From: an uncultured Pseudomonadota bacterium
GTDB taxonomy: Bacteria; Pseudomonadota; Alphaproteobacteria; Rs-D84; CACZYB01
Assembly (NCBI GenBank): GCA_902785275.1
Contig: CACZYB010000001.1
Coordinates: 192,001-256,000 of the forward strand
DNA: 64,000 nucleotides
Direction: 5' to 3'
Position numbers and translations under genes: made by a program. The notes under the pieces were generated by a model. It ran no database searches. It was not told the origin of the DNA and saw only the letters and a list, made by a program, of their open reading frames with translations. Positions within the stretch are counted from its first letter, which is position 1; each line of letters begins with the position of its first letter. Shown piece after piece: positions 7,636 through 18,451 of this stretch.

Positions 7636-8342
7636 TATCGTTTTCCCTTAAATTCACTTACTGGTCCATCATAATGCACAACACCATCGACAATATAAAT
7701 AAGGCGTTTCGCAAAATCCGCAATATCCGGTTCATGTGTAACAAGAACTATTGTCTTACCATCATTATTTAATTTTTGGAAAAGGTTCATAATTTCAATA
7801 GATGTCTTTGTATCCAAGTTTCCAGTAGGTTCATCCGCCAAAATAAGCTTTGGATTATTAATCAAAGCACGAGCAATAGCAACCCTTTGTTGCATGCCAC
7901 CGGAAATTTGGCTTGGAAATCTTTCAATAAAATCCTTTAATCCAACATGATCCAACATTTCGGATGCACGTTTGTATTGAGCTTCCAACCCATAGCCGGC
8001 ATAAATAAGTGGAATTGCAACATTATCAAGCAAAGATCTTTTCATCAAAAGATTAAAACCCTGGAAAACGAAACCAATTTTTTCACTTCTTACATTTGCA
8101 AGCTGGTCTTCGTTCATACCAGAAACAACTTCACCACCAATTTTATACACCCCAGATGTAGGAGTATCAAGACAACCAAGTGTATTCATCAAAGTTGATT
8201 TTCCACTACCACTTGGCCCCATAATAGCAACAAACTCCCCCTCCTCTATTGAAAAATTTACATCCTTTAAAACAGGGTAAGGGTCCCCAACAGCCATAGG
8301 ATAGCTTTTGTATAAATGCTCAACTTCTATCACTTTTGCCAT
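7635..8342 (-). CDS. MacB/LolD-family ABC transporter ATP-binding protein
   Basis: GPSGSGKST, ISGGMQQRVAIARAL, LADEPTGNLD. Confidence 0.95.
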   Translation of the reverse strand: MAKVIEVEHLYKSYPMAVGDPYPVLKDVNFSIEEGEFVAIMGPSGSGKSTLMNTLGCLDTPTSGVYKIGGEVVSGMNEDQLANVRSEKIGFVFQGFNLLMKRSLLDNVAIPLIYAGYGLEAQYKRASEMLDHVGLKDFIERFPSQISGGMQQRVAIARALINNPKLILADEPTGNLDTKTSIEIMNLFQKLNNDGKTIVLVTHEPDIADFAKRLIYIVDGVVHYDGPVSEFKGKR

Positions 8343-8360
8343 AGAATTTTTCCTATACTA

Positions 8361-9572
8361 TTACATCATTGGTCCACGTCTTTTATTTCCCTTAAAGACT
8401 GACGATTTATTTGATTTTCTAGATCTAAGCTCACCTTCGTAAACAAAATCAGAAATTATATTATCCCCTTCATTCAAATCTGGAGAAGAAACTTCGGTAA
8501 TCACACCATTAGTAATACCTTTTGCAATCTTAATAGCTTTTATATCCTTATCACCTTTCTTAAATGTATAAACAAACACTTCATTAGGAAGCAAAGTTTT
8601 ATTTTCAGGATAAATTATATAGCTTTGCAATGCTTCATCAGGTTTAAATTGTAATACATAGTTATCAATGGAAAGAACCTCATTCTTTCTTAATGTATCA
8701 ACATCAACAAATGCAGTCATCCCCGGAAGAAGTTTTCCTTCCTTGTTATCAATTTTTATTATAACATTATAGATAACAACATTCTGCTCTGTTGTTGGGT
8801 TAAGACGCACTTGATCCACAACACCATGAAATGTTTCAGTTGGAAAAGCATCAACAGTAAAATCTACATTCTGACCTTTTTTAATATTTCCAATATCTGC
8901 TTCGGAAATACTTGCTTCTATTTGCATCTTTGTTAAATCTTCAGCAATAGTAAAAAGTGTTGGTGCAGAAAATGATGATGCAATAGTTTGGCCTTCTTCA
9001 ACAGCCTTTGAAATCACAACACCCGATACCGGAGATTTAATTTCTGCGTATTCAATATTACGTTTACTTCTTTCATTATTTGCCTTTGCCGCAACATAAT
9101 CTGCTTCGGCACTTGCCAAATCAGTAACAGCCTGATCAAACTCAAACTTTGCAATATAACCTTCGTTATACAAAGACTCTGTTCTTTCTTTTTCAAGCTT
9201 TGCCAAATCATACTTTGCTTTTGATTGAGCCATCTTTGCCTCACTTGAATTTATATCTTCAATAAGCAAAGATTTATCAACCTGAGCTAAAAGTTGACCC
9301 ACCTTTACATTATCATTGTAATCAACATAAATTTTATCAATGATACCGGAAACCTGTGCACCCACAGAAACAACATTCACAGGATTTATTGTTCCTGTTG
9401 CACTTACGGATGAACGGATATCTTGCTTTGAAATTTTTGCAAATTCAAAAAGCTCTGGTTTAAGGGTTAGTGTTTTATTTCTTCCGAAAAAAAGTTTATA
9501 ACAACAAAAAACTGATAATCCAACAACGGTATATATTGCAACTTTTTTCTTATTTATCTCTTTTAAAACCAT
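8361..9572 (-). CDS. MacA-like periplasmic adaptor (membrane fusion protein)
   Basis: VGAQVSGII lipoyl half, coiled hairpin, IKSPVSGVV, LLPGMTA. Confidence 0.92.
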   Translation of the reverse strand: MVLKEINKKKVAIYTVVGLSVFCCYKLFFGRNKTLTLKPELFEFAKISKQDIRSSVSATGTINPVNVVSVGAQVSGIIDKIYVDYNDNVKVGQLLAQVDKSLLIEDINSSEAKMAQSKAKYDLAKLEKERTESLYNEGYIAKFEFDQAVTDLASAEADYVAAKANNERSKRNIEYAEIKSPVSGVVISKAVEEGQTIASSFSAPTLFTIAEDLTKMQIEASISEADIGNIKKGQNVDFTVDAFPTETFHGVVDQVRLNPTTEQNVVIYNVIIKIDNKEGKLLPGMTAFVDVDTLRKNEVLSIDNYVLQFKPDEALQSYIIYPENKTLLPNEVFVYTFKKGDKDIKAIKIAKGITNGVITEVSSPDLNEGDNIISDFVYEGELRSRKSNKSSVFKGNKRRGPMM

Positions 9573-9588
9573 CTAACCTCCTATATTT

Positions 9589-10971
9589 TTACTTAAGTTC
9601 GCCAAGGTTTTGTAAATTAAGTTCTCCCGCAGACTTTAATAATGCAACCTTTGCTGTGTAAAGTCCATATTGTGCAGAAATAAGTTCCTGTCTTGCAGAA
9701 AGAAGCTTTGATTGTGCTTCCATAAGGCTTATAATATCGCCTTTTCCAGCCTTAAATGAACCAAGGGCAACACGTTCATTTTCAACTGCACTTTCGAAAA
9801 GTTTCTTTGCAATAGAAAGAGCTTTCACACTTGTCTTATATCCATTATATGCAGTAACAACACTAAGTTCAACATCTTGTTCAAGTTGTTTCAACTCTTC
9901 TTTATCTGCTGCATATTGATACTTTGCATTTCTCAAAGAATAAGTATTTTCAAACCCAGTAAATATAGGCATACTTACCTTTACACCCATTGCCCAATAA
10001 TCTCTATCTTTATCAAGATTATTTTTATCAGGATCAACATCAGTCCAAGTTCTTGAACCAAATGCAGAAATTGTTGGGAAATATGTTGCACTTGCAGATC
10101 TTACATTTGCATAACTTGCCTTAACAGCCGAAGCCTTTGCCTGTAAATCAGGACGTTTCAATAAAGCAAGTCTTACAATTTCATCAACAGATTTTGAAAT
10201 AAGTTCATCTGTTGTATCAGCAAATGATTGTACAAGTTTTATTTCTTGAGAAGGAGGAAGTCCCAAATAACTTGCCAACTTTGCATTTGCAACTTTTACA
10301 ACTTGCTCTTGCTTTGCAACTTGAAGTTGAGCTTGAGCATAAGCAGTTTCTGCCTGCAATGTAGCAGCCTTTGATGACATACCAAGTTCAAACTTTCTAC
10401 TTGCAAGTTCGAATGATTTCAAACTAGCATCTTCATTTGCTTTAAGTGCAGCTAATTCTTCCACTGATGAAAGAGCATCATAATACGCCACAATAGTGTT
10501 ATATGCTACCTGTTGCAAAGTATTATTATATTGGAAGTTTGCAGAATTCATTGATTGATATGTTCTTTCAACGCTTGCTTCTCTTTTACCAAAATCATAT
10601 AAAAGCCAGCTTAAAGAAAGACCACCTTCTGCACCCTTTGAAACAGTTTCATCACCATCAGGATTAGTCATATAATTCTTTGTATCAGATTTTGTATAAC
10701 TTGCACTTGCAGAAATTTGTGGAAGATATGAACCCAAAGTTCCCTTATATGCAGTTTCCCCAACTTTTGTAGAAAGCCATGCTTGACGAGTAGTAGGGTT
10801 GTTACACATAGAAAGTTCAATTACATCAGCCAAATTAAGGGCATCTTTTGTAACATCTTTTGATATATTACAAGAATTACTTAAAGTCACAGTTTTATTT
10901 TCTAAATTTTCACCAGCCATAGCATTAGTTGATAAAAGTAACGCCATAGCAAATATTGATACTTTTTTCAT
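9589..10971 (-). CDS. TolC-family outer membrane efflux protein
   Basis: Signal peptide, two OEP repeats (YLPQISAS / YFPTISAF), operon context. Confidence 0.92.
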   Translation of the reverse strand: MKKVSIFAMALLLSTNAMAGENLENKTVTLSNSCNISKDVTKDALNLADVIELSMCNNPTTRQAWLSTKVGETAYKGTLGSYLPQISASASYTKSDTKNYMTNPDGDETVSKGAEGGLSLSWLLYDFGKREASVERTYQSMNSANFQYNNTLQQVAYNTIVAYYDALSSVEELAALKANEDASLKSFELASRKFELGMSSKAATLQAETAYAQAQLQVAKQEQVVKVANAKLASYLGLPPSQEIKLVQSFADTTDELISKSVDEIVRLALLKRPDLQAKASAVKASYANVRSASATYFPTISAFGSRTWTDVDPDKNNLDKDRDYWAMGVKVSMPIFTGFENTYSLRNAKYQYAADKEELKQLEQDVELSVVTAYNGYKTSVKALSIAKKLFESAVENERVALGSFKAGKGDIISLMEAQSKLLSARQELISAQYGLYTAKVALLKSAGELNLQNLGELK

Positions 10972-11148
10972 TAAAATACTCCTTTTATATATCTTCTAAT
11001 TATATTTTAAAAACAATCTTGTGTCAAATTATTTAAAATCCCAAAACAAAGGTTTTACACTTTTTTGTCTTTTTTTTAACAAAAAGAAAAAGCTAATACA
11101 AAACCCCCCTCATTTCTAAGGGGGTAATTTTATGTTTTGCTAAAAGCT

Positions 11149-13617
11149 TTAGTACAATGCAATCTTTGGTATTATGGTATCAATTTCAATCATACCAGAA
11201 CTACCAGGAAGACCATAACCATTAGTATTTGTTGAAGGAGGATTTATACCACAGTTTTCACAAGTACCTGATAATGCACCTTCACAATTCAAACCAAATT
11301 CTGATGCATTTGTTGGAAGACCATAACCAGATTTTGCATAAACAAACTTATCTGATAAATGTCTTGCATCTTCACAACCTGCCAATCCATCAACAACTTC
11401 AATTCCTGAAGTAGAGCCACCATAATAACATGCTCCATTAGAACCATTAACCGTTACAGTATTTCCCGAATATATACCCGAGAATTTTGGATCTAAGTTA
11501 CCAGTAATTGTAAATGTTGTTGGATTACCTTGACCTGTACAATTATCATAATAACGACCAGAAGTAGAACCACCAGCACCAATATTATAACTTAGCACTG
11601 CTGTACCTGATGATACACAGAAGTATACAGTTCCTTTTGAACCTTTCTTAGCAGTAGTACGCCAAGAACCACCAGTCGAACCATAAACTTTCACACGGTA
11701 ACAACCAACACCTAATTCTTCTTTACCTTCACCAACTTTTGTAATCTTTTTATTTATACCTTTTTCTGGGTAAAGATATTTTTCATTCTTGTTATCTTTC
11801 TTGCATTCTGATGCACCTTCATCAGACACAAAACCTTCAGGACAAGCCTTACATGATGTTGCTTTACCACCCTTAGAGTAAGTATTAGCAGGGCATTCTT
11901 GACATTCTCCATCTACAAGGATTGAACCAGCATCACAACTTTTTGCTTTTGCCTTTCCTTTTACACATTTACCATCATCAAGAACATAAGATGCCTTACA
12001 TGTCAATGCTTCACCTGTTTCTGCATCACAAGTTTTAACACCAACAGTCAAGCAAGATTCACAAATATCCCCTTCCCCAGCAGAGAAAGTACCTTTCTTA
12101 CATAACTTACAACCTTTTGTTGTTTCATCATACTCTGACCCAGCATCACAAGCAAGGTAAACCGCTGAATCTTCATCAAGCCAAGCTTGCTTCTTCAACT
12201 TTGAACTTGCAGTCCATTCTTTTTCATGAGCATTTTCTGGTAAAAGACAAGTTTTTTCACGAGTATAATAATATCTATCTTCATCTTCTGAATAACCAAG
12301 AACTTTACCAATAGGACAGAATTCATTTTCTTCTTCTGTCTTTGCTTCAACTTTAGGTTCTTCTTTAACTTCCTCTTTTACTTCTTCCTTAACATCTTCC
12401 TTAACATCTTCCTTAGGTTCTTCTTCTCCTTTACATGAAGCTTCACCAGTAGAACCAGCAGGAGCCTTTGTTCCTTCTGGACATGCAGTACATAATGCCA
12501 AATAATCACTTGTACCCTTTACTTTATCTGCAAAGTAATTTTCACGGCAAGAGAAAATTGATGCTTCAGAGAAACCCCATTCTTCTGCTTCTGATGCAGA
12601 CATTTTCTTTACAGCAGATGCAGTAGGTGCGGTACATACTTCATTTGTGTTTGGATTTATATATCCATCTGCACCCTTCTGTACAGGAACACCAATAGGA
12701 CAAGTTTTAAATGCATCAAGACATTCGCCATTCTTTGCCATAAAACCATCATCACATTCAAAATATACAGCTGCACTTTCTTCTACCCATGCAAGCTTTT
12801 TCAATTTTGAACTAGAAGACCAAGCTTCTTCATGAGCATTTTTAGGAGCAGAACAAACCTTTCCACGTGCAGAATAATATTTATTTTCTTCTGCAGAATA
12901 TTCTATAACTTTACTAATAGGACAAGCAGGAAATTCTTCTTTCTTTTCTTCTACTTCCTCTTGTACTTCTTCTTTAACTTCCTCCTCTTTCTTTACTTCA
13001 GCTTTTGCACGTGAGCTTTTTCCACTTGCAGCAACGGCAGATGCTCTTTTAGAGTTAGAAGATGATTTTGTTGCAGCAGCTCTTTTTGAAGATCCAGAAC
13101 GTTTTGAACTTCCTTTTGAACTGCTACTTGCAGTTTGTTTCTTTGAAGAACCTGAACGCTTTGAACTTCCCTTTGCACTAGATTTTGCAGTTTGTTTTTT
13201 TGATGAACCAGAACGTTTTGAACTTCCTTTTGCACTAGATTTTGCAGTTTGCTTCTTTGATGAACCGGAACGTTTTGAACTTCCTTTTGCACTACTACTT
13301 GCGGTTTGCTTTTTAGATGAACCTGAACGTTTAGAGCCACTTTTCTTTGCATTTTGCTTTTTTGAAGAACCTGAACGCTTTGAGCTTCCCTTCTTTGATC
13401 CCTTTTTCTTTCCAGATTTTTTTGATTTTGCTTTTTTCGAAGTTGATGAAGTTTTCTCTGCTTCTTCTTCCCCTTCTACTTCACTATCTTCAAAATCTTC
13501 CTCATAAGTTTCATCAGCTGAACTTTTTGCAACCACTACCTCTGAAACACAAAAAGATACAAAAAAACATAGAAAAATCGATACGAAAATTCTAACAAAC
13601 AATTTCTTTTTCGACAT
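11149..13617 (-). CDS. Large exported protein: acidic patch, Lys/Ser-rich 19-aa repeats, Cys-rich repeats, Gly-rich C-terminal domain
   Basis: Likely start MSKKKLFVR (RBS AGGAAAAGGAAG); hydrophobic N-terminal segment; CxxCPxGT/CPANTYS GCC2/GCC3-like repeats. Confidence 0.8.
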   Translation of the reverse strand: MSKKKLFVRIFVSIFLCFFVSFCVSEVVVAKSSADETYEEDFEDSEVEGEEEAEKTSSTSKKAKSKKSGKKKGSKKGSSKRSGSSKKQNAKKSGSKRSGSSKKQTASSSAKGSSKRSGSSKKQTAKSSAKGSSKRSGSSKKQTAKSSAKGSSKRSGSSKKQTASSSSKGSSKRSGSSKRAAATKSSSNSKRASAVAASGKSSRAKAEVKKEEEVKEEVQEEVEEKKEEFPACPISKVIEYSAEENKYYSARGKVCSAPKNAHEEAWSSSSKLKKLAWVEESAAVYFECDDGFMAKNGECLDAFKTCPIGVPVQKGADGYINPNTNEVCTAPTASAVKKMSASEAEEWGFSEASIFSCRENYFADKVKGTSDYLALCTACPEGTKAPAGSTGEASCKGEEEPKEDVKEDVKEEVKEEVKEEPKVEAKTEEENEFCPIGKVLGYSEDEDRYYYTREKTCLLPENAHEKEWTASSKLKKQAWLDEDSAVYLACDAGSEYDETTKGCKLCKKGTFSAGEGDICESCLTVGVKTCDAETGEALTCKASYVLDDGKCVKGKAKAKSCDAGSILVDGECQECPANTYSKGGKATSCKACPEGFVSDEGASECKKDNKNEKYLYPEKGINKKITKVGEGKEELGVGCYRVKVYGSTGGSWRTTAKKGSKGTVYFCVSSGTAVLSYNIGAGGSTSGRYYDNCTGQGNPTTFTITGNLDPKFSGIYSGNTVTVNGSNGACYYGGSTSGIEVVDGLAGCEDARHLSDKFVYAKSGYGLPTNASEFGLNCEGALSGTCENCGINPPSTNTNGYGLPGSSGMIEIDTIIPKIALY
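13085..13400. repeat. In-frame ~57-bp tandem repeat (GSSKRSGSSKKQTAKSSAK), about 6 copies
   Basis: Recurring GAACGTTTTGAACTTCC...TTTGCACTA on + strand; boundaries approximate. Confidence 0.85.
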
Positions 13618-14023
13618 AGCTCTTCCTTTTCCTATATGGTTTTTTAAATTCCTTTTCTCACGCGATTTTGTACAAATCAAGCATATTATAACAAAACCCC
13701 AAGTATTTTTCAACCCTTTTTTATTACAAACTTCAATTTTATACAAATAAACATAACATCTTGAATTTATCTATGTTTTTTAAGCAAAATTTTATTACAA
13801 TAGACTTAATAAAAAAACTTCATTTTTCACTTACAAAACTAGGAATTTTCTTTTCATTATTCGTCAAAAATCACATCTTTTAATGATATACAAAAACTTT
13901 AAACCACCCTTTTTTGTATATCACTTTCAATATATTCTTTTTTGTACCAAAAAGCAAGGATTTTCAATAAAATTGAAGATAATTGCAATTTTTGTAAAAT
14001 GCGAAAAATTAAAGGGTCGTTTT

Positions 14024-14947
14024 ATGTTTAAACTATTAAAAAATATCATCTGTACCTTTGTTTATTCAAAAGGTTTAAGAAACGCCATTCGTGGCAACTA
14101 TGTTAAACATTATTTTTCCGTAAAACATTCAGTAAAAAACTTTAAGGATTACAAGTATGATTTGGCTTTTGTTGCCATTGTAAAAAACGAAGGTGCATAC
14201 TTACCTGAATGGATTGAATTTCATAAATTGGTTGGGGTAAAAAAGTTCTATATTTACGATAATGAATCAACAGATAATACAAAAGAAATCCTATCATCCT
14301 ATATCCAGGATGGAACTGTAACATACGAATATATCAAAGGCCGCGGAATGCAAAAATTCGTATACAATGATGCCATAGATAAATACAAAAATATCTGTAA
14401 ATGGATGGGTTTTATCGATTTGGATGAATTCGTTACACCAATAAAATATAAAACTATTACCGAACTTTTTGATAAGGATTTCAAAAAATACTATGGTGTA
14501 GGAATAAACTGGCTTATCTATGGTGATAACAATCACAAAAAGAAAACAAAGGGTCTTGTTATCGAAAGGTTTACCAAACACGCCGAAAAAAATTTTGAAA
14601 TGAATCGAAACATAAAATCTATTATAAACCCAAGATATTGCACATTAATGAGAAATCACCACGCATACTTTATTGGAAATGCATCATGCGTAAACACTAA
14701 TGGTAAAAAAATAAAAGGTTGGCGTACAAACCCTTGCTTTGATAAAATAAGGATTAATCACTATTGGTCAAAATCTTATGAAGAATATATTCAAAAGAAA
14801 TTCAAAGGTGATGCATGGGATGGAACCAAAATTCGTGATATTGATGATACCTATAAACAGGCAAATCAAAATGTCGAAGAAGACAGTATCATGGAAAAAT
14901 ATATTCCATTAATAAAAACCGAACTTAAAAAAAGAAATATTAAATAA
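14024..14947 (+). CDS. Glycosyltransferase (GT92/GT2-like)
   Basis: AIVKNEGAYLPEWIEFH, IYDNESTD, FIDLDEF, INHYWSKS; start MFKLLK chosen. Confidence 0.85.
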   Translation: MFKLLKNIICTFVYSKGLRNAIRGNYVKHYFSVKHSVKNFKDYKYDLAFVAIVKNEGAYLPEWIEFHKLVGVKKFYIYDNESTDNTKEILSSYIQDGTVTYEYIKGRGMQKFVYNDAIDKYKNICKWMGFIDLDEFVTPIKYKTITELFDKDFKKYYGVGINWLIYGDNNHKKKTKGLVIERFTKHAEKNFEMNRNIKSIINPRYCTLMRNHHAYFIGNASCVNTNGKKIKGWRTNPCFDKIRINHYWSKSYEEYIQKKFKGDAWDGTKIRDIDDTYKQANQNVEEDSIMEKYIPLIKTELKKRNIK

Positions 14948-15028
14948 AAAATTTCTATTCATACAGATTGTAAATTTCAAACAAATACTCCTTGCCTTTG
15001 TTTAGGAATTTTTATATAATTAAAAGTT

Positions 15029-15589
15029 ATGATTAAAGAGCAAAAAAAGTTTTTCAGAAAATGTGACCATCCAGGATGTGAACTGGAAGGGGAATATCGT
15101 GCACCAAAAGATCGTAACCTTACTGATTACTATTGGTTCTGCCTTAAACACGTATCTGAATACAATAAATCATGGAACTTCTACGAAGGTATGACTCAAG
15201 AAGAAATAGAACGTGAAAACAAACTTGATGAAACATGGCATAACCAAAGTTGGAAATTTGGTATAAATCTTGAAAACCTTGCCCGTGAAGGACGTCTTGA
15301 CGATCCATTCGAAATATATAACACTTATATGCGACGTGTTGGCGGTGCAAGAAATAAGGGGCGTATTTATGGTAATTCTCAAACATCTCTTACAACAAAG
15401 GAATGGGAGGCTTTAGGTATATTGGAACTTAAATTTCCGCTTACCGAAACTCAGCTTAAAACTCGTTATAAACAGTTGGTAAAGAAGTATCACCCTGACC
15501 TTAACGGCGGTTCAAAAAAAGCCGAAGAAATGTTTAAAAAGGTTGCCGAGTCATACAGAATTTTACTTAAAAAGATTCAAAAAAAATAA
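15029..15589 (+). CDS. DnaJ-domain protein (alphaproteobacterial type, C-terminal J domain)
   Basis: CDHPGC...YRAPK...WFCLKHV; KKYHPDLNGG. Confidence 0.9.
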   Translation: MIKEQKKFFRKCDHPGCELEGEYRAPKDRNLTDYYWFCLKHVSEYNKSWNFYEGMTQEEIERENKLDETWHNQSWKFGINLENLAREGRLDDPFEIYNTYMRRVGGARNKGRIYGNSQTSLTTKEWEALGILELKFPLTETQLKTRYKQLVKKYHPDLNGGSKKAEEMFKKVAESYRILLKKIQKK

Positions 15590-15653
15590 CAAAAAAGCCG
15601 GCTTTTTTTATAAATTTTTGCCGACTTTTTCTTATTCCAAAAATCTATAAAAA

Positions 15654-15956
15654 CTATTTTTTAAATCTTTTATTGTTTATTTCAAGCTTACTTAAAACTG
15701 CACTATCCAAATCAACACCACACTTTTCAGCCAAAGCATAAAGATAGATTAAAACATCCGCCATTTCATGCTTAAGTGAACTTTTATCATCCTCTGGAAT
15801 TGCAGGTTTATTATAAACATACTGTGCACGAACCGCAGTGGCAAGTTCACCCACTTCCGCAGCAAGCCCACAAATAAGAAGCATATGATCCTCATCGGCA
15901 AAGCCCCATGATTTTCTTGATTGTATAACAACATCTTGAAGTTTTTTATCTGTCAT
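15654..15956 (-). CDS. MazG-like nucleotide pyrophosphohydrolase
   Basis: EVGELA...EMADVLIYL...KLEIN. Confidence 0.88.
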   Translation of the reverse strand: MTDKKLQDVVIQSRKSWGFADEDHMLLICGLAAEVGELATAVRAQYVYNKPAIPEDDKSSLKHEMADVLIYLYALAEKCGVDLDSAVLSKLEINNKRFKK

Positions 15957-16000
15957 TTTGACCTCCTTTACTTCAGAAAAGAAAAGTAGTTTTAAAAAAA

Positions 16001-16564
16001 CTACCCTCCTTTTTCATTATGTTTCATATTTATATACGCAAGCTTCACACCACCCAACACAGAATTTTTATTACTACTAAAGCTATATAAAAACTTTTCA
16101 AAATCTTCCGTCGGATAGTAAAGTCTGTTTGCATACGCATCACTTATATTTATCGGATTTTCAATATTTGATGGATGCATATTTACAAAGTCACGAAAAT
16201 AAGGTGAAGACATAGGATTTTTCCATGTTTCCAATAAAGACAAAACTTCTTTATTCAAAAACTTTTTTTCCTTCCTTTGCATATCTTTTGTATCAATATA
16301 TTCAAAAGTTTTATACTTTGGAACATCCATTACTTTAAATTTTTTTTCATTATAACCAGTAGAAGAAATAGACATTCCTACACTATATAAAACATCTTCA
16401 TTATTGGACTTTTCCAAAGAAAGTTCCAATCTATGAGCCATAGTTTTTTCATTTTCCAAAGTATAACAAGTTTTCTCAAACCTTATACTATCAACTTCGG
16501 TATCCGAAGAAAAATAACCAGTCATACGAATATCATTTATTGTTTCACTATGAACTTTTTTCAT
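16001..16564 (-). CDS. Hypothetical protein
   Basis: Open ORF immediately after the proS stop; no recognisable motif. Confidence 0.65.
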   Translation of the reverse strand: MKKVHSETINDIRMTGYFSSDTEVDSIRFEKTCYTLENEKTMAHRLELSLEKSNNEDVLYSVGMSISSTGYNEKKFKVMDVPKYKTFEYIDTKDMQRKEKKFLNKEVLSLLETWKNPMSSPYFRDFVNMHPSNIENPINISDAYANRLYYPTEDFEKFLYSFSSNKNSVLGGVKLAYINMKHNEKGG

Positions 16565-16565
16565 A

Positions 16566-17852
16566 TTATTTTTCCTTTGCAATAATATCCATTACACCAT
16601 CAAAAATATTTTCAATATTTATAGTTTCAGGATATTCCTCCAAAAGTCCAGAATATTTCATTTCAAAAACACCTTTTTCAATATTCTTTGGGCTGATAAT
16701 AGCACGTATAGGAGCACCAATCAAATCTGCATTTGCAAACTTTGAACCAGCTCTATCATCTGTTGTATCAATAATTACTTCAATCCCAGCGGCAATCAAA
16801 TTATTATAAAGTTTTTCCGCCAAAGTTTTTGCTTCGCCATCACCTATTGCAATAATGTGAACCTTATATGGAGCAACCGCCATATTAAATACAGCCTTTG
16901 ATTCATTTTCACTTTGTTCAAGAAGACATCCAAACACACGGCTTACACCAATGCCATAGCAACCCATAATAGGTGTTTGTTTTTGACCTTCGGCATCAGT
17001 ATATGATACATTCATTGACTTTGTGTATTTATCCCCAAGTTGGAAGATATTACCAACCTCAACACCACGAAGTTTATTTAAAGGTTTTCCACACTTTGGA
17101 CATACCAAAATATCATCCGCATCTTTATCAGTTAAAACTTCTTTGTTTGCACGATAATCACATCCAGAACAAGTATAAATTGTATCTTCACCAATATCAC
17201 TTATCATCTGGAATTCGTGGGAAATCTTTCCTCCCATATCACCAGTAGGAGCAAGAATATCAATCACATTTTTCATACCAATGCTTTTGTAAATCTTATG
17301 ATACACATTTAAAAGTATATCATAAAAACTATTCAAATCTTCCCATGATGAATGGAAAGAGTAAGCATCCTTCATCATAAATTCACGACAACGAATTAAC
17401 CCTGCTCTTGCCCTTAATTCATCACGATACTTTGTCTGAATTTGATAGAGGCAAAGTGATTTAGGAGCAGATGGTAATTGCTTATAACTTTGAAGAATTG
17501 AGCGAACATAATCTGTTACAATTTCTTCATGTGTAGGATTTACAACAGCATCAATTCCTGCACGTGTTTTAAATTTCAAAAGAACATCAATGTTTTCACG
17601 ACCAGTTTCTTTCCAAAGAGAAAGTGGTGATACAACCGGCATATTCATTTCCTGACATCCAACTGAATCAAGTTCTTTTCTAATAATCTTTTCAATATTT
17701 TGTAAAACTTTAAAACCAAGTGGAGAATAAGTATAAAGCCCCGCACCTGTCTGATGAATATATCCACCCTTTAATGCAAGTTTATGCCCAGATGTTGTAG
17801 CATCCGCAGGCAACTCCTTCATTCTTTTGATAAATAAATTTTCTATCTGCAT
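16566..17852 (-). CDS. proS: Proline--tRNA ligase (short form, no INS editing domain)
   Basis: PTHEE, YRDELRARAGLIRCREFMMKDAYSF, EVGNIFQLG, MGCYGIGVSR. Confidence 0.96.
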   Translation of the reverse strand: MQIENLFIKRMKELPADATTSGHKLALKGGYIHQTGAGLYTYSPLGFKVLQNIEKIIRKELDSVGCQEMNMPVVSPLSLWKETGRENIDVLLKFKTRAGIDAVVNPTHEEIVTDYVRSILQSYKQLPSAPKSLCLYQIQTKYRDELRARAGLIRCREFMMKDAYSFHSSWEDLNSFYDILLNVYHKIYKSIGMKNVIDILAPTGDMGGKISHEFQMISDIGEDTIYTCSGCDYRANKEVLTDKDADDILVCPKCGKPLNKLRGVEVGNIFQLGDKYTKSMNVSYTDAEGQKQTPIMGCYGIGVSRVFGCLLEQSENESKAVFNMAVAPYKVHIIAIGDGEAKTLAEKLYNNLIAAGIEVIIDTTDDRAGSKFANADLIGAPIRAIISPKNIEKGVFEMKYSGLLEEYPETINIENIFDGVMDIIAKEK

Positions 17853-18115
17853 TTTTCATCCTTAATATTAACAAATAAACCAACTTCTTTATTTCGCTTT
17901 TCTGCATTTTGAGGATTATACTTTCCTTCCTTAAAACACTTGTGACATGGACTATCGCAACCCCAATTATTTGAAGAACATGTATTATCAAAAAAATGAG
18001 GACACCCTTTAAAAAAGCCAACAGGAGAAGTATCTTTTTCTTCTTCCTTTAATTGTTCCAAATAACCATTATAATAATAACGATCTATTGAAATTTTTCT
18101 AAATATTTTTCTCAT
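17843..18115 (-). CDS. Small Cys-rich hypothetical protein
   Basis: Fills the infA-proS gap, overlapping both genes; C-x7-C-x6-C-x3-C-x2-C. Confidence 0.6.
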   Translation of the reverse strand: MRKIFRKISIDRYYYNGYLEQLKEEEKDTSPVGFFKGCPHFFDNTCSSNNWGCDSPCHKCFKEGKYNPQNAEKRNKEVGLFVNIKDEKCR

Positions 18116-18366
18116 TATAATTCTTCTTTAATTGTACCTTGCTTATCTTTGTAACGGAAAGTAATGCGACCTTTTGATAAATCATATGGAGTCATTTCAA
18201 TATTTACAACATCACCAACCATAACCCATATTCTAAACTTTCTCATTTTTCCAGCGGTATGAGCAATAACCTGATGACCATTTTCAAGTTCAACTTTGAA
18301 CATAGCATTTGGAAGTTTATCAATAACAGTACCTTTAAATTCCAATAATTCTTCTTTATCTGACAT
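18115..18366 (-). CDS. infA: Translation initiation factor IF-1
   Basis: [14 protein letters not shown]...GKMRK...[15 protein letters not shown]. Confidence 0.98.
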   Translation of the reverse strand: MSDKEELLEFKGTVIDKLPNAMFKVELENGHQVIAHTAGKMRKFRIWVMVGDVVNIEMTPYDLSKGRITFRYKDKQGTIKEEL

Positions 18367-18451
18367 AATTTAACCTTTTTTGTTGTTTTTATTGTTATAA
18401 TTCATTATACTTATAGAACAATTTTAATGGATTTGCAAGAAGGTTTTTATT

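Noticed and set aside
12993-13352. 119-aa repetitive ORF / 57-bp repeats as a CRISPR-like array
   Set aside because: Alternative frame of the coding tandem repeat in 11149..13617; no unique spacers
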